Source of the DNA: Vicugna vicugna
Taxonomy: Eukaryota
NCBI GenBank assembly: GCA_013265495.1
Contig: MU058213.1
Coordinates: forward strand, 1,550,001-1,614,000
Length of the DNA: 64,000 bases
Reading direction: 5' to 3'
Numbering within the stretch: position 1 is the first letter of the stretch; each line of letters starts with the position of its first letter. Of the stretch, positions 24,901 to 38,388 are shown piece after piece. A model generated the notes under the pieces. It was not told the DNA's origin and did no database searches. It was given only the letters and a program-made list of their open reading frames with translations. Position numbers and translations under genes: made by a program.

Positions 24901-25549
24901 TTTTATAGCAATTTTCCAATACTAATTACATTTCATACTATCTATCATATGCATGGCTTGCAAAACCCTATTGATTTTAATGGATTCTAGTGCATTGGGA
25001 ACATGTTATTTTATGACATGTTATGTTATAGGACCTCTATGAAATACCTAGATCTTAAAATGTGGGCACAGATATACTCTCAATTATCCACAAGTGGATT
25101 ATCCACTTGGTCTATTACCCACAACATATTTTAAATTAAAGTTGCTGTCATTAGGTGACTCAGTAGCCCTAGGCCAATTTCTATCATCAATTTTCTGTGC
25201 TGCTGGAATGCAGACTCATTTTGATAGCCTTTGCTAACATGATTAGTAGGGAAATACTATTAGAGTTGCTGCCAAGAATGTAAACATAAAAGACTTGTGG
25301 GATATGTCTTATTTTTGGATTACCCTTTCACAAATGCTTTCCTTTAGTAGGAAAAATCAAGAGACCAATTACAAACATGGGCTCATTGACATGTTGTAAA
25401 TATAAAGTATCTGGAGAAATAAGCATAGTCTTGCACTGTCTATAAATGATTGATAAAATAGATCAGGCTGAAATGCCACCTGCTTTGTGGAGCCTTTCTG
25501 CATTTTGCCTTTCAGAATTGTTCACCTCTCCCTCTGAGGCAGTTTTGAG

Positions 25550-25905
25550 TTGACAAACAAGAGCATAGGGTTTGGAATTAGAAAAAGCCAGAATTCTGAT
25601 TATATAACATTAGCTGAGTGATCTGGAAAGAGTACTTAACCTTGCTGAACCTCTCATTCCTTATATTTAAAAATAACCTTAATAATATCTACCAGAATAA
25701 TACAATCTATGTAAATTCCATAGCCTGGTGTTTGGCATATACCACACATTCAGTACATACTTGTTTCTTTCCTGTTCCATATCTATTTTTCATTAGATTC
25801 TGAGTTCCTTGGAAGCAGTAGTATTATTTAATTCATGTTTGAACTCCTCAGTGTTTAGTAAATTTTCTTATGTGTAGGATTTAATAATATTTGCTTAATT
25901 AAAGG
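25550..25905 (+). mobile_element. MIR followed by L2 3' end
   Basis: agagcatagggtttggaattagaa...acttaaccttgctgaacctc; cattagattctgagttccttggaagcag. Confidence 0.7.
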
Positions 25906-28900
25906 GTGAATTAAAATTACGTTTTGGTTTTATATCTGAAATAGTAAGATTTTTGAATTTCCACAAATCTGTTAAAATTATTTTTCTGTTAATTTCATAG
26001 AAAGAATGAAAGCTAGATCAATATTTTCATGTATAAATATCAGTGATCAGGCATAAGGCTTTTCTTAAGTAAAATTTTATTCTTAAGAATATTATTAACT
26101 TACGTATATGGCTGTATTATGTGTGTATTATATATGCGTGAAGACCAAATACCAGCTAACAGCAGGAAAGACTCCTTAGCAAATTCATGAATTGTTTTAT
26201 TGCCTTTAGTGCTATTCTCAAGGCTACATGTTGAAACAAAAGTCTTTGACATTATTAAAATAACATGTATTTTAAATTTACTGTTTTTTAATTTTTCAAT
26301 TGGAAACATGATACAACAAAGCTTGCTAGACTTAGAATCTTAGAGAAAGCAAATGTCCTTCGTGTAGTAATTAATTAATCCTGGAAAATCAGAGATTTTT
26401 TTCATTGTTTTACTTAGCCACGAAGTTCAGTTTTCTCTCTTCATCTGTTTCCAGTTGAAGTAAGTACCATAGTCATTCCTTAGATATTTACTTTGCATCT
26501 TCTCTGTCCGTGGTACTGAATTTTTCCTGTTAAGTCGATCAAATATTGCAATGAAATCAACCTGGGATAATAATTATGGTTACATACCTGAGTGCTGGGC
26601 TTTGATGACTGAAAATGTAACAGCAGCATCATTCTTTTCAATGTATTTACTTGTTTAATTTTGAACTCCATACTCATTTCATTTAGATAATTATAGAACT
26701 AATATATGCTTATAAAGTTTGCCACTTATTTAAGGTAATATATTTTTCCTTCGGGTTCATTGATGCCAAAAGTAAAATTGACTGAGTGAACTATTGGATA
26801 TAGGTGACGTTTCAAATCTTTAACTATATTGTGCAAACATTTGTAGGTGAATCTTTGTAAAGAAGCACTCATGTTTGCATATATTTCCAACATCTGCATT
26901 TAGATCAGCAACAAAAACACCAAAGGCATTTAGGCTTTCCCTACTAAAAATGTTTCTTATTTACCTTTTCATTTTGGGCAATTAGATTGAAGACAATATT
27001 CTCCTTTATTTGAGATGCTCTACCTGCAAACGGTGTTACATTCATTCTTACCAACACAGTTCTAAGGAAAAGGACAAATAACCGGATCTCTTGATTGCCT
27101 GCTTGCAACAGCTAAATACATAAGTGCATAGCAACAGTATGTGAATAATGTATCAGAATAAATATGTTCAAGTGCAGTAGGTTGAGTGGATTGTGTAGGG
27201 TCAGCGTCATGAATGGGGGTTAATTTCTGTTCAGTCAGGTGAGGTACAAATGTATCAACTTTGCTGGAAAATGGTTCCAATTGTGGCTGAATTGTCTAGT
27301 TTCCTGCAGGATACAAGCAGCCTATTACTTCATGTTTTAAAAGGCTTGTTCATGTTTGACCATTTGCATGGGAATGAATATAACAGAAGATGGAGACAAA
27401 CATCAGAGATCACACCAAGTGCATCACTGAGGCCAAGTCTGTGTGCCTAAAATTTCTCCAGTAATCCAAGAGACAAAACCCCTTTTGGTCTGGCAGCACC
27501 AGCAGCTGCATGGTCCAATTCACTATTGTAGACTTCACTTCATTACTGATAAGATGATTCAGGATGGGAACAAGAGCTGGCAGTCCTTTGGCTATCTAAC
27601 TCTTCTTAAGCCATGATTGAAGTGAATCAATTTTCAGTGAATTTGGGCTGACAAAAATAGCTGTCTGGAGAAGGCAAGCTGCTGCATGTGTTAATGTAAA
27701 TGATCTAGATTCCTAAAAAGTCTCAAATTAGTCAGGAATGTGCAGGATCCTTTGGTTGAGTGGTAGGTGAGGTGAAGCTATAAAGGAAGGAGGCAGATTT
27801 CCCATTATAGTTTGTGAAAATAACTTCCTCCTCATATTTTTGTAAGTTTACTTATAAACAAGCTAGTTTTAGGGGGCATTTGTATAAAATTATGGTAATA
27901 CGAAATAGGAGTCTTTCTTCAGGCACCTAAGAAAGAGCCCCTAATCACAGGCATTGAATTACTGGGATTTCACTTGGCTTATGTCTTATTTATTTGCGTC
28001 CAAAGATAGGCTTACACTGGTGAAGTTTTCTATGAACAAAATGAGAGAGAGCCATGGTAATTCTGCAAATATATTTAAGTTTTTCAACAAGCCAGATAAA
28101 ATTTAGCAACATCCTACCTGGTACAATTTTTCCACACCCTGATTTTGCTAGGTAATAGCCTCTTTCTCCACTTTACCTGGTTTGGGATCTCACTTACATT
28201 TTCAGTGCAGTAAAATCCACCAAACCTGACAGACTCCAATAAGAGTCGATTCTAAGTTCTAGGTCCCCTGGCTGAAATGGGCTTTTTTGTGCCATGAAGT
28301 TGTATGGAATTGCAACAGCAAAGTAACCTCTCACAAATCAATCCTCCAGTTTTCCCCCAGAAATATGTTAGAATGAGTTTTGATGCAATTGGACTCTCTG
28401 TCCAAATCCGGTAAGGGAGTACCATCTTTGAGCTGCAGAGCTATAGAAAAATAACCTAAGGAAAGTAAGTTTATGTTCCTGATCCAGTCTGTGGTCTCCA
28501 TCACACATATCTTACGGCTATTAGTAACTGAAAAAAGAGAAATCCTAGCCATTTGGCCCCAGATTTACCTGAACATGATTCCAGTGTAGGGACTACATCT
28601 GAGGGCATTGGCAGGAAGGAAGGCAACAGATCATTTGTCCTTGACAGTTCTGCTCTGCAGATTTCTAGAGGCATCTTTTTGGTGAAGTCCCTCACTACTG
28701 AAGATTTATTATCAAAAATTTTTAAAAAGAAAGAATAAAAAAGCAGCCTGTTAAACATTTGCTATGTCTTAGATTCATTAGGTAGAGAGGTGAGACATGA
28801 AAAATCTGATATGTGTCTAGATAAGAAGTAACGAGCTTTGTAGAAAATTCTGTGAAAAGTTGGGAAGTAAATAAGTGCTAAGTTAAAAGAGATAATTTAT

Positions 28901-29661
28901 TAAATTTTATTGAATTGTCTAACACATCTTTTACATTGGTACTATATAGGACAAAGTAAGTTAAGCTGGCTATTAATAAAATCTAGAGGTATTAATTTTT
29001 TTCTGTCTATTGTAATTTGATAGCATTTAAATGTCTCCTTTTATCAAACTTTATCTACAATGCATATATAAGAGTATAACAAGATTATTTTAAGGAACTG
29101 GACATTTTAATTTTTTTCTCTTAGAGAAACTTTATATTTTAGACATCTCCATTATTTTTCCTTAAATGAACTTGCAATTCTTCTTATATTCAAGTAGGAA
29201 ACTGCTTCCAAGTCTCTCTATTTTGTGATATAGGAAAAACTGAAATGCGTTCTGGTGTCTATCCCACCTCCCCGACAACCGGAGTCACTTCGTGGGCCTC
29301 ATATCTCTTAAACCACCTGCTAATCATAACAGTTGCTAATTTGAGCCCTTTTTAGTCACTTCTGGTGACACTGACAATGCCATCTAGTTTGCAGTGGCCA
29401 TGTGGTCAGTCCCCCACCCATCCTAGCAGGCTGCTGCTGCTGTGCCTTTAGCTGGGGTCTCCATTGTTCTCCCGGCCTCTGCTGACCATAAGCAATTCCT
29501 TCTTCCCTAATCTCGGGGGATCTGCTTCTTTCACAATGGGGGCAGGGCCGTTTGCTTTGTGTGCAAGATAATCTTCCCTAGAATTGTTCACATATGCGAA
29601 CATACACATAACAAAACCCGATTCCCTGGATGTAGAAGGATATATGTATTTATATATGGGT

Positions 29662-29665
<4 letters not shown>

Positions 29666-29717
<52 letters not shown>
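29666..29717. repeat. (AC)26 microsatellite
   Basis: Perfect dinucleotide run. Confidence 0.97.
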
Positions 29718-29719
<2 letters not shown>

Positions 29720-29949
29720 TAATATTAGCCATAATGATCACTTATCAATCCTGCCTAGCTATTTTCAAGTCACTCAATAATATCTATTCATTTCAATTAT
29801 TTGGATTTCTTCTTGCCTTGTTTTTAAATTGTGATTTTTTTCTTCTTACATGTGGCAATGGGGATTTTAAGCGTTACTAAGTTCTTTTTCACTTTAAGCA
29901 TCTTGAAGCCCCTGCATACTCTGCCCATGTCTCAGGAAAGCATTTTGGG

Positions 29950-30800
29950 AATGAATTGGAGATGAAGGTAGATGCATGTCCCTGGCTGGAATGAATGACT
30001 AGGAGCTGAGGAATTGATCATCTAAAATCGGCAGGCCTGAGCTCTACTTGGGAGCATTCCTTGGCTGAACAACAGATAAAATTTACTGGATCTCCATGTG
30101 TGAACCTTTGCAGTCGCACTGTGTACTCCACTTTGATGGATTTAAAGCTGGTCATTATGTTACAGGGCAAGTTGTCGCAGAAATAAAAGCAGGTCGTTTA
30201 AACCGGCCATTTTAATCAGGAGACGATGTTACCCTGTTATCATTAAAGCTTGCCATGTGCCATAGAAAGGGATAGAAACATACTCTTGATTTTTAGGGCT
30301 GATTAAAAAAAAAACTGATTTTGTAGGGAGGTAGAAAGGAAGTAATCAATATATATATATTTTTTTCTTTGCCTCAGTAAGCAAGGTGGGTTTTGTAAAC
30401 CCGCTTTAGGATTGTGTCTCTTCTTTTCACTAAAAGGTTGAAGTAAATTAAAAAGCGAAAAACCTCTGCTCTGTCATTTTTGTTGTTCTGCTGGGCACAG
30501 TGATGTTCCTGGGCTACCTAGCACGTCGAGAACGCCCCCTAGGCGTTGGCATATGTCACAGCAGGAAGAAGCGGCGGCTGATGGATAACCAGCTGCTGTG
30601 TGCCTCTGTCCAAATGCACACACAAAGTCCAGGCAGCAGCCCACAAAATGACTGCTCTCTGTGCCCATGTCTGAGGATGGACTTGCAAGTGTCTCCACTT
30701 GCTACAGCAGTTTCATATAGAGGCAGCTCAGGGTGCCCTTCTTTGTGTACTTAGGACAAAATTGCCATGGAGAGTGTTGTTGAAATTAAAATGAAATCTG
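29950..30800. promoter_or_regulatory. Candidate enhancer block
   Basis: Repeat-free; TGATGGAT at 30134 and 30579; six CpGs in 30521-30577. Confidence 0.4.
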
Positions 30801-31039
30801 CTGGCTTCCAGTGGTCCGGGCTGACTGTGCTAAGGCTTTAGGCACATGCTCTGTGGTTCATCCTGGGCCTCTTTGTGCTCTGGTATTTTACTGGACCTGG
30901 CTTTATCTGGGGGGTAGAGGAAAGAGCCCCACTCTGGACATGCTCCTGCTGAGGAAAATTGTCTGCCCTGCAAAAAGCATGAATGCCTCTTTAAATTTGT
31001 GCTCTAAGATCCATGGAAGCCCACCTAGGAGTAAGGAAA

Positions 31040-31142
31040 AGGTCACTGGACTTAGAGACCAAAAATTCCAGTGTTACTTCTGGCTCTGTGGCTTATGAGC
31101 TGTGTGACTCTGGGCAAATCACTTCACCTCTCTGAGCTTCAG
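31040..31142 (+). mobile_element. MIR fragment
   Basis: gagctgtgtgactctgggcaaatcacttcacctctctgagcttcag. Confidence 0.85.
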
Positions 31143-32189
31143 GCTGGTGAAGGAATTTAATCTATATATTGAATGGATTTAATCAGATATTCTCCATGTG
31201 TATGTCCAATTATAAAGTCTCTTTCTGAACTTAATATTGAAGATTTCTGTTTTAAAGTTTGCCAAACAATTACAGAATTCTTGAAAGAGCCAAACTGATT
31301 AAAGAACAGAGTGCATTTGTTTTGGGGGTCAGGTCTACTCACTGCAACCAGCAAAAAGTCAGTTTGATCAGCTCTGTGGTATCTTCATAGCCAACCTAAA
31401 TTCCCATTTGGTGTTAGTCACTCTTCAAAGACTAGCCAGTTGTCCAAATTGAGAAACTTGTCCCTCATTCTGGCCATCACTTTCTGCCCACGTTGATCAG
31501 CAGCTACACTGATCCGAATGGTGGTGCTCTCATTCCCTATTTCATCTCCATTGGTCAATTACCCATTCACTGATGGACAAGTTGTCCTCTATTCATGAGG
31601 TCACTTGTATTCTCTAGGTTACCAGCCTTTGGAGTCACTTTTCTTTGAGGCCAATTCATCTGTAGGTGCTTGTTTATAAAGCTGTCTGGGAAAGACTTGC
31701 TTTTGTTTGTGAAAGCTGCTCTGATGTAAGCAGTTGAAGGGGAGGAGCCTATGTACCTGCTTAGGTGGAGATAACAGGGAACTCACCCAAGAGTTGTTTG
31801 TGGTAGGACTGAGGATGCAGGCCAAGGTAAGAGCAGAGATGGGGGAATATCAAATACCTCAACAATATGACCAGTTTGGACTTTTGGAAAAGTCACACAA
31901 CCACTTACCTATTCAAGGGTGGTAATTTGTCTATCTTTCTAGCAATAATAATGATAATAATATTAATATTTTATTAATAATAATATTAATAATGATAAAA
32001 GTCACTCTCTCTCGGTTAAAACTCTACCCTACTCTCTTAAGCCTCTATAGATTCACCCAAGCTGTTCTGTTTCCTTGAAAACCTAATCTGAACTTGTCTG
32101 TCTGGCAAGGTCTCAGATCAAAAGCTATCCTGAACAGGTATTCTGAACACTCCCAGCAGCCTCTGACATTGCAGTGATATTTTTATTAT

Positions 32190-32472
32190 TTGATCAGGAC
32201 TGATAGTGAGATGATGGGTGTTGGCATGGCTCTACAATTGTTAAAATATTGAACTATTTGTGTTCTGGTTGGTAAGTAGCTGCAATCTGGGCCCCCAGAA
32301 TACCCACATTGCCCTATACTACCCTTTCCTAGCCTCCCCAAGTTCCAGCAACTCAGCAGTTAAGACTTGCCCAGCAGGGGTGGGAATCTCTGGTACCCAG
32401 AAACCATGGCCAGCTTTTGCTAAGTGATTGGCATCTGAATTTTATAGGCTGTTGATTATTTTTAATATCACT
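32190..32472. mobile_element. Old hAT-Tip100-type element (MamRep-like)
   Basis: caggactgatag...ttgttaaaatatt...ctggttggtaagtagc...gctgttgattattttaatatcac. Confidence 0.45.
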
Positions 32473-34829
32473 TAAATCGTATTTGTTCTCATATTTATTT
32501 CTGCCGTTAGACTGTGGGTCTTATTTCCAGTGCCAAAACCATGTAGCACTTGGAACTAAAGTGGTTAATGAAATTGATTTTTTGAGTCTTCTTTTATGTA
32601 CCACACTTCAGGTTAGGTGATTTATATACATGACAAGAAGTTAGTAATATTAATTTCTTTTTCATTTGCATTGTTAGAGAAAACTCAAGGAAGGCTACCA
32701 CCCCCTGTCAAGTAACTCAATCTTGTGTAGCAAGTGTCAAGACTTTTCCTCCCAATGAAGTTAGATTGTCCTAGAAGAGGATGAGCTCCAAGAGATGGAG
32801 GTAAAGAAATGATTTAACCAAGGGGTGTGTGTGTGAGCAACAAGCAGTCAGGCACTGCACCCCAAGGGGTTCAGTCCTTCCCTTGTGTGCTACCTTGATG
32901 TTGGGAGGTAGGCAGAATGTGGGTGATTATTGAACTCTCAGAGCTGTGGCCTTTAGTAGTGGGTAATCTGAGTGCCCTCACTGGCAGAGAGGAAGCTGAG
33001 CTTACTGTCAGTAAATATCCTACATGGTCTTGGACAATGAAACCTCAGGAATGATGATCATAGGCCAGGGTTAGAAGCTCTTCCCCTGTTCTTTAGCACC
33101 ACAAAAGCTCCGTGTTCTTCAGTTCCATAGAGGAATTGAAAAAAAGAACACCAATAATGATTGAGGTTGAATTTCTCTGTACTGCAAAGAGTAGGGGCTT
33201 AGAGCCAAATTTGAGATTTGATTTAGAAAAATAAAGTGATATGACATTTCTTTTATCAGATGGCAAATTCATACCAGTAACACATATATTATTTCAAAAA
33301 AAAGTAATTAGGCTTGAATCTATGGCCCACTTGTTACTATTGGGCCTTGGAGATATAAGTTTCATTCTTTATGGCAAGATTTTTGGTTAACTAGTCCTTT
33401 GGGGTAGGTTTTAAGTGCATGTGGCTCATACTTGTAAAGTTGTCATGTTGTTCCATATTTTTATGTTTTCCTTTTAAAATCTGTAGGAAAATTACTATAA
33501 ATCCCTTAAATAACCTCAGCTGTTAAAAATGTCACATGAATATGAGATCCAAAACCCAATATTTGATCATGAAACCTGATTTAAAAGCTGCAATTTCTTA
33601 GCCATTTCTAAAGAATTGCATGTTTAGGAAAAAATTATTTAAGCTCAACATATAGAAGCAAAAGAATTATTTCTAGGACCTCATTGAATAAAGTAGATGA
33701 TCCTCTTGGTTACACGTGGATTTTGTTTGGCTCAGTTTGACTCATAATATGAGCAGATATCATTTGGGGAAGTGTATGTAGCTGTGACTATCATGTTCTT
33801 GGAATAATTTTTTTTGGAAATTGAAAATATCTAGGAATTAAATTGATCACTTTGGGACAACTACAAAGTTGTTGAAAGCTATCTTTACTTCAAGTCATAA
33901 TAACACCTTATATAAGAACATCTTTACTATTACTAAGAACCTTCACTATAATTCAGAGAAATAATCATGGCAGGTAATATTATACCCATTCATCAGACAA
34001 ACCCAAAGACTGTGTGTTAGGTTTTGGATAATGACACAGAGCTAAAGAAAGTAGTAGAGTTAGGTTGGGTGCAAGCTTAGCCTTCTTATCCTTTCTCTGG
34101 TTCACTGTAATGGATAGGTTATAGAGAATATAGGGATCATGTTGGCTTGGCAAGGAGGGAACTGACAAATTGGGGCCAATATAAGGTCCAAGCCAGCCAC
34201 TGAGCTCCTGTCCAAGGCATATGCTTAGGAGAGCAGCAGTGTCGGGGATGCAAGTCCTGGAACTCATTTGAAACATGGGCAGAGCAGTGCCCAGAACATG
34301 GATTGGCCCAGTATACATGTAATGAAGTGAACCATACCCTTTTCCAAACAGGCTCTGTTGCTTCTAAGGAATGTCTCATCTTTGTTGTTCATGTGTTCCT
34401 CCATTTTCTCTTGGGCTTTAGCCATTCCTTCAGTCTTTTCACAAAGGGTATTTTAGGGGAGGAAGGATCAGCTCATGTGCAATCTCCTTATAGTACAGAA
34501 GACACAGGGAAGAAACACGGCACAGTTAGAGTACAGGGTCAAAGCTTGGGTGCTGCTAGAAATGCACATGAAGGTGGCTTCCTTCTCCTCCTCTGTACTC
34601 CTTCTGCACAGGCTCTTTGTGTCAAAGAGGACACAAGGGCAACTTCAGGAGTCAGCTTTAGATACCATCCTTGGTGGCTCTTAAGGAAGACCAAGGACTC
34701 ATTATGCAGAGCTAATGAAGCCCAAATGTTGTCACAGCTCTTTCTGGTAGGTTACCTGGCACACTGGGTTGCAGTTTTATCAACATAGAAACATAAGGTT
34801 AGTTATGTGATGGTAGGGCAAGAGTCCTG

Positions 34830-35068
34830 GAGGTAGTGTGGCATGGTGAATGAGAGCACAGATTTTTATTCACATTGGCCTAGATTTAAATTCCTTCTGT
34901 AGCATATGGTAGCTCTGTGGTCTTAGGCAAATTTCTTAACCTCTTGTTATCTCATTTTCCTCATCTGTAAAATGGGGATAATAGTGACTACCACACAGAG
35001 CTGTTGGGAGATAAATGAGAGAATGTGTATAATGTACTTGGCATTGTGCTTGGCATGCAAGTGCCCAT
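34830..35068 (+). mobile_element. MIR, full length
   Basis: gaggtagtgtggcatggtg...tcttaggcaaatttcttaacctc...ttcctcatctgtaaaatggggataatag...aaatgagagaatgtgtataa. Confidence 0.92.
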
Positions 35069-36709
35069 CATCATCACCATAAGAGTTCAGGTTTACCGTG
35101 GCAGTGGAATTGAGACTAGGTGACTAGGCTAGGTTTAAAGCATCTCTGGTTATGGTTATAGTGATTGCAGGGGAAAAAAATGAAAAGACATGTCTATAAC
35201 GGTGAGTTGAGTCTGTCCCCTTTGCATACACTGATGCTATAAGCTTTTATGATTCCCTACTAGGAAGGATGATGGTGGGAATGATTCTGTGGTTATGTCT
35301 GACTTGGATATGACTTAGAGTTTGCTGGGAGGACAACATTAGGCCAGATACACAAAACCATCTCCCAAAGACCATATACATGATCTTTTCAGGTTTACAA
35401 AACTTCTTTAAAATTCAAAAAGCTCCCTGAGAAATAAGCAGAGGAAGCATCATTATCTCCATTTGATGCATGGGATACTGATGCTTAAAGAGAATAGAGC
35501 CTGGGAAGTTGCCTAGCACACACTAGATGCTGATTCCCTTTGCCATCAATCTACTGAGAAGTGGCAGAGCCATTTCCTGAGGAGCGACAGCTCAAGGACT
35601 AACAGGACCCTTGGCTCCCGGTCTGTGCTCTGCTCACCCCACGGCTGCCTTTCCAGTGTCTAATTTTGGATTAGGAGAATGCTTTTTTGAACGGTAGAAC
35701 ATTGAGACACAGGTCACTTCTGGTGATCTGGGGAATTCAAACCCTCCACAGGCCCTTTGCTTATCCTGGCCCAAGTTACCTGTGGAATGCCAGGTCTCTG
35801 ATTCCAGATAGAGCACTTGTGTCTTTATTATAACACAATCCTTTTCTGTGGTAACCCATACCTTTTCTGTGTTTGAAATGGCATTGGACTTACATGAGAT
35901 TTCTCACTCAATTGTTGGGTGGTTCAGAAGTTTACAACCTAAGCTCCCTAGAAGTACCTTTAATATGAGTGCTGTAACGTGAGCAGTCATATAGTCTGAT
36001 ATGAGCTGGAAGTTACACGAGTAAATGATCTGGGTCACTCTGACTTGGTTGTGCATAAGATAAGACATTGAGGTTTTCCTCAGAAGAGAAGGTTCTTATT
36101 TATTCTCATTAATTATTCTCCTTCCCCCCCATGAATACATTGGATACAGGATTAAGTGTTTTTCTGCCTACATTGAAAGCTTTGTCTGCAAAAGAGAAAA
36201 CATCATGAAACAGTATAAACATTAGAAACCTATATTTAATTTTTTGGAAGAATTCTAAGTATTTCCCTGCACTTGGCGAGCTGCTGCTTAAAGAAAATTT
36301 TGCCTAAAAATAGATTTGTTCTTGGAAACTGACTTTAAAGTTCTGTCCTGCTTTCTTTTTGCACAGGTCAGATTTCCACAGCCAGGCAATTTTCCAGACA
36401 AGGCTGACCTCATGCTCCTCCTCACCCTTTGTTTTCTGTGGCCTTGTTATCCAGATAACTGCTTCCTTTCTCCACTTCCCTGTAGCTTCTGGCCTCCAGA
36501 TTATCTCTGGGAGAAGCTCTCATTTGGTTGGCAAGCCTTTGAGAATGAATTGATGAGGAGGAGATTGTAGAGCTTTCCACTGGCCCTCCATGGAATCTTA
36601 AACAGTGCTGGGAGCTGGCTCTACCTTGATTCCAAAAGCCACTGTTTCCTCATTTGGCTTTTGAAAGAGCGACGGAACTTCCACTTACTTTTCTTTCCGT
36701 AGTGTAAAA

Positions 36710-36885
36710 TGTTCATTTATTTATTCATTAGTCCATACATTGAACATTCAAATATATATATGAAAAAAATACACACACACACACACACACACACATATTT
36801 TGAGAAGCTACTTTGTGCCTGGCTCTGATGACATAAAGTTCACTGAGGTTAAATTTCTGTGTTCAAGGAGCTCATTATCCAGTGC
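36710..36885 (-). mobile_element. L2 3' end with embedded (CA)n at 36771-36795
   Basis: ttcatttatttattcatt...ctactttgtgcctggctctg...ttcaaggagctcattatccagt. Confidence 0.65.
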
Positions 36886-37739
36886 ATTGTAGGATTCACT
36901 GTTCCCTTCATTGTAGGGAGCGACTTCTTTCCCATTTTCTTAACCTTTATACCCTCACTGCCAGCTCTCTCCTGTATACAGCCTCCAAGACTAAGCTCTT
37001 AATTTGCCCTTATTCCGGGAAGCTCTTCATGGTCATCCCTACTCTATACCCTCCTCTGAACACATGTAATATGTTTCTTTGTATGACTTTTATTTCTATA
37101 TGGATCATATGATTATTTATGTACATGTCAATAATCCTCAACTATAATCATGTTTATATGTAACATGTGCTCAGTAAATGTTTGTTGAATGTTGGACAAA
37201 TGTTTCTATCTTCTATTTCTCTAAAAGCTGCTTTCAGCTGAAGTGAGGTTGAATGCCTGCCAGAAAAAGACACATTAGGTTAGTCCAAGGTTAGTGAAAT
37301 GAAAATCTTGGAAATGACAGTATCATGCCCCTTTGGGGCCATGCTGCCAATCCTGTGCATAAAAATAACGGTGGTATATTGTATCATGGTATCTGGAAGG
37401 GGAAAGGGGGAGAGGGGACTTTTTCTCTTCAATATGTAAAATGGCTTGTCCTTATCCCCTGGAGAAAAGAACTGGGTTCATAAATATAGTAAAATTCCAA
37501 TTTAACAAGCAGAAGGATATAGTCTTCTGGTAAACTGTTAAGCAAAAAATTCATTTTTGTTTCATTTCTTGTTGGAAAGTTTGCCAAAATGTCCACTTCT
37601 GTGGCTCATGAAATACATTAGAGGGGCAATGCTGATAACTGAGGTCTTGCAGTACATTTGTCTCATCATTTTAAACTTTAGTTATGATTGTCCTGTATCC
37701 TGTGTGTGTGAGACTTGCTAGAGGAATACTGGTTTTAGG

Positions 37740-37920
37740 GAGAACTGGGTCTGAGTCTCACGTTCTTTCCTTTCTGTGGGAATTTGGATGGCTCTGAGAG
37801 TCAGTTTCCTCATCTGTAAAAGGGAACAGTGATAACCTCATTTTTCTCTATAGGTTATGATAGGGATTAGATACTATGCAAAAAGCACAGCCTGGCATAG
37901 AGGGCCCAATGAGTATTAGC
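37740..37920 (+). mobile_element. MIR
   Basis: ctctgagagtcagtttcctcatctgtaaaaggg...gcacagcctggcatag. Confidence 0.8.
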
Positions 37921-37951
37921 TTTGATAATAGGTAGTGATGAGGATGTAGTA

Positions 37952-38388
37952 TGTATTAGTTTCCTAGGGCTGCTGTGACAAATTGCTGTAGACTGGATGG
38001 CTTAAGACAAAAATTCTTTCACAGTTCAGAAGGTCACAAGTCTGAAATCAAAGTGTCAGCAGGGCTGGCTCCCTTTGGAGGCTGTGAGAGAGAAACTTCC
38101 CTATGTCTCTATCGCAGCTTCTGGTGGTTCCCAGCAGTCCTTGGTGTTCCTTGGCTTGTAGATGCGTTCCTCCAATCTCTGCCTCTGTTTTCAGCAGCAT
38201 TTTCTTCTCCATGTGTCTCTCTCTGTCTTCTTCTTATAAAGTCACCATCACTGGGTTTAAGGCCTACTCTTTCCAGTATGCCCTCGTCTTAATTACATCT
38301 TCAAAGACTATTTCCAAAGAAGGTCACATTTGGAGATTCTTGGTAGACAGGAATTTGGGGGTGGGAGGACACTATTCAACCCATTGCA
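37952..38388 (-). mobile_element. MLT1C-like solo LTR, full length
   Basis: tgtattagtttcctagggctgctgtgacaaatt...aagtctgaaatcaaagtgtcagcaggg...ccttggtgttccttggcttgtagatg...ggacactattcaaccca. Confidence 0.92.

Noticed and set aside
29448..29880. ORFs with HT/CV dipeptide runs (similar ones at 19806-20182, 41822 and 56050)
   Set aside because: Translations of microsatellites.
34303..34788. Longest ORF in the window (161 aa)
   Set aside because: Non-ATG start in the sequence, no recognisable domain, composition typical of random non-coding ORFs.
36340..36370. Strong-looking splice acceptor (ctttctttttgcacag)
   Set aside because: No convincing paired donor or recognisable peptide downstream; isolated acceptors are common.
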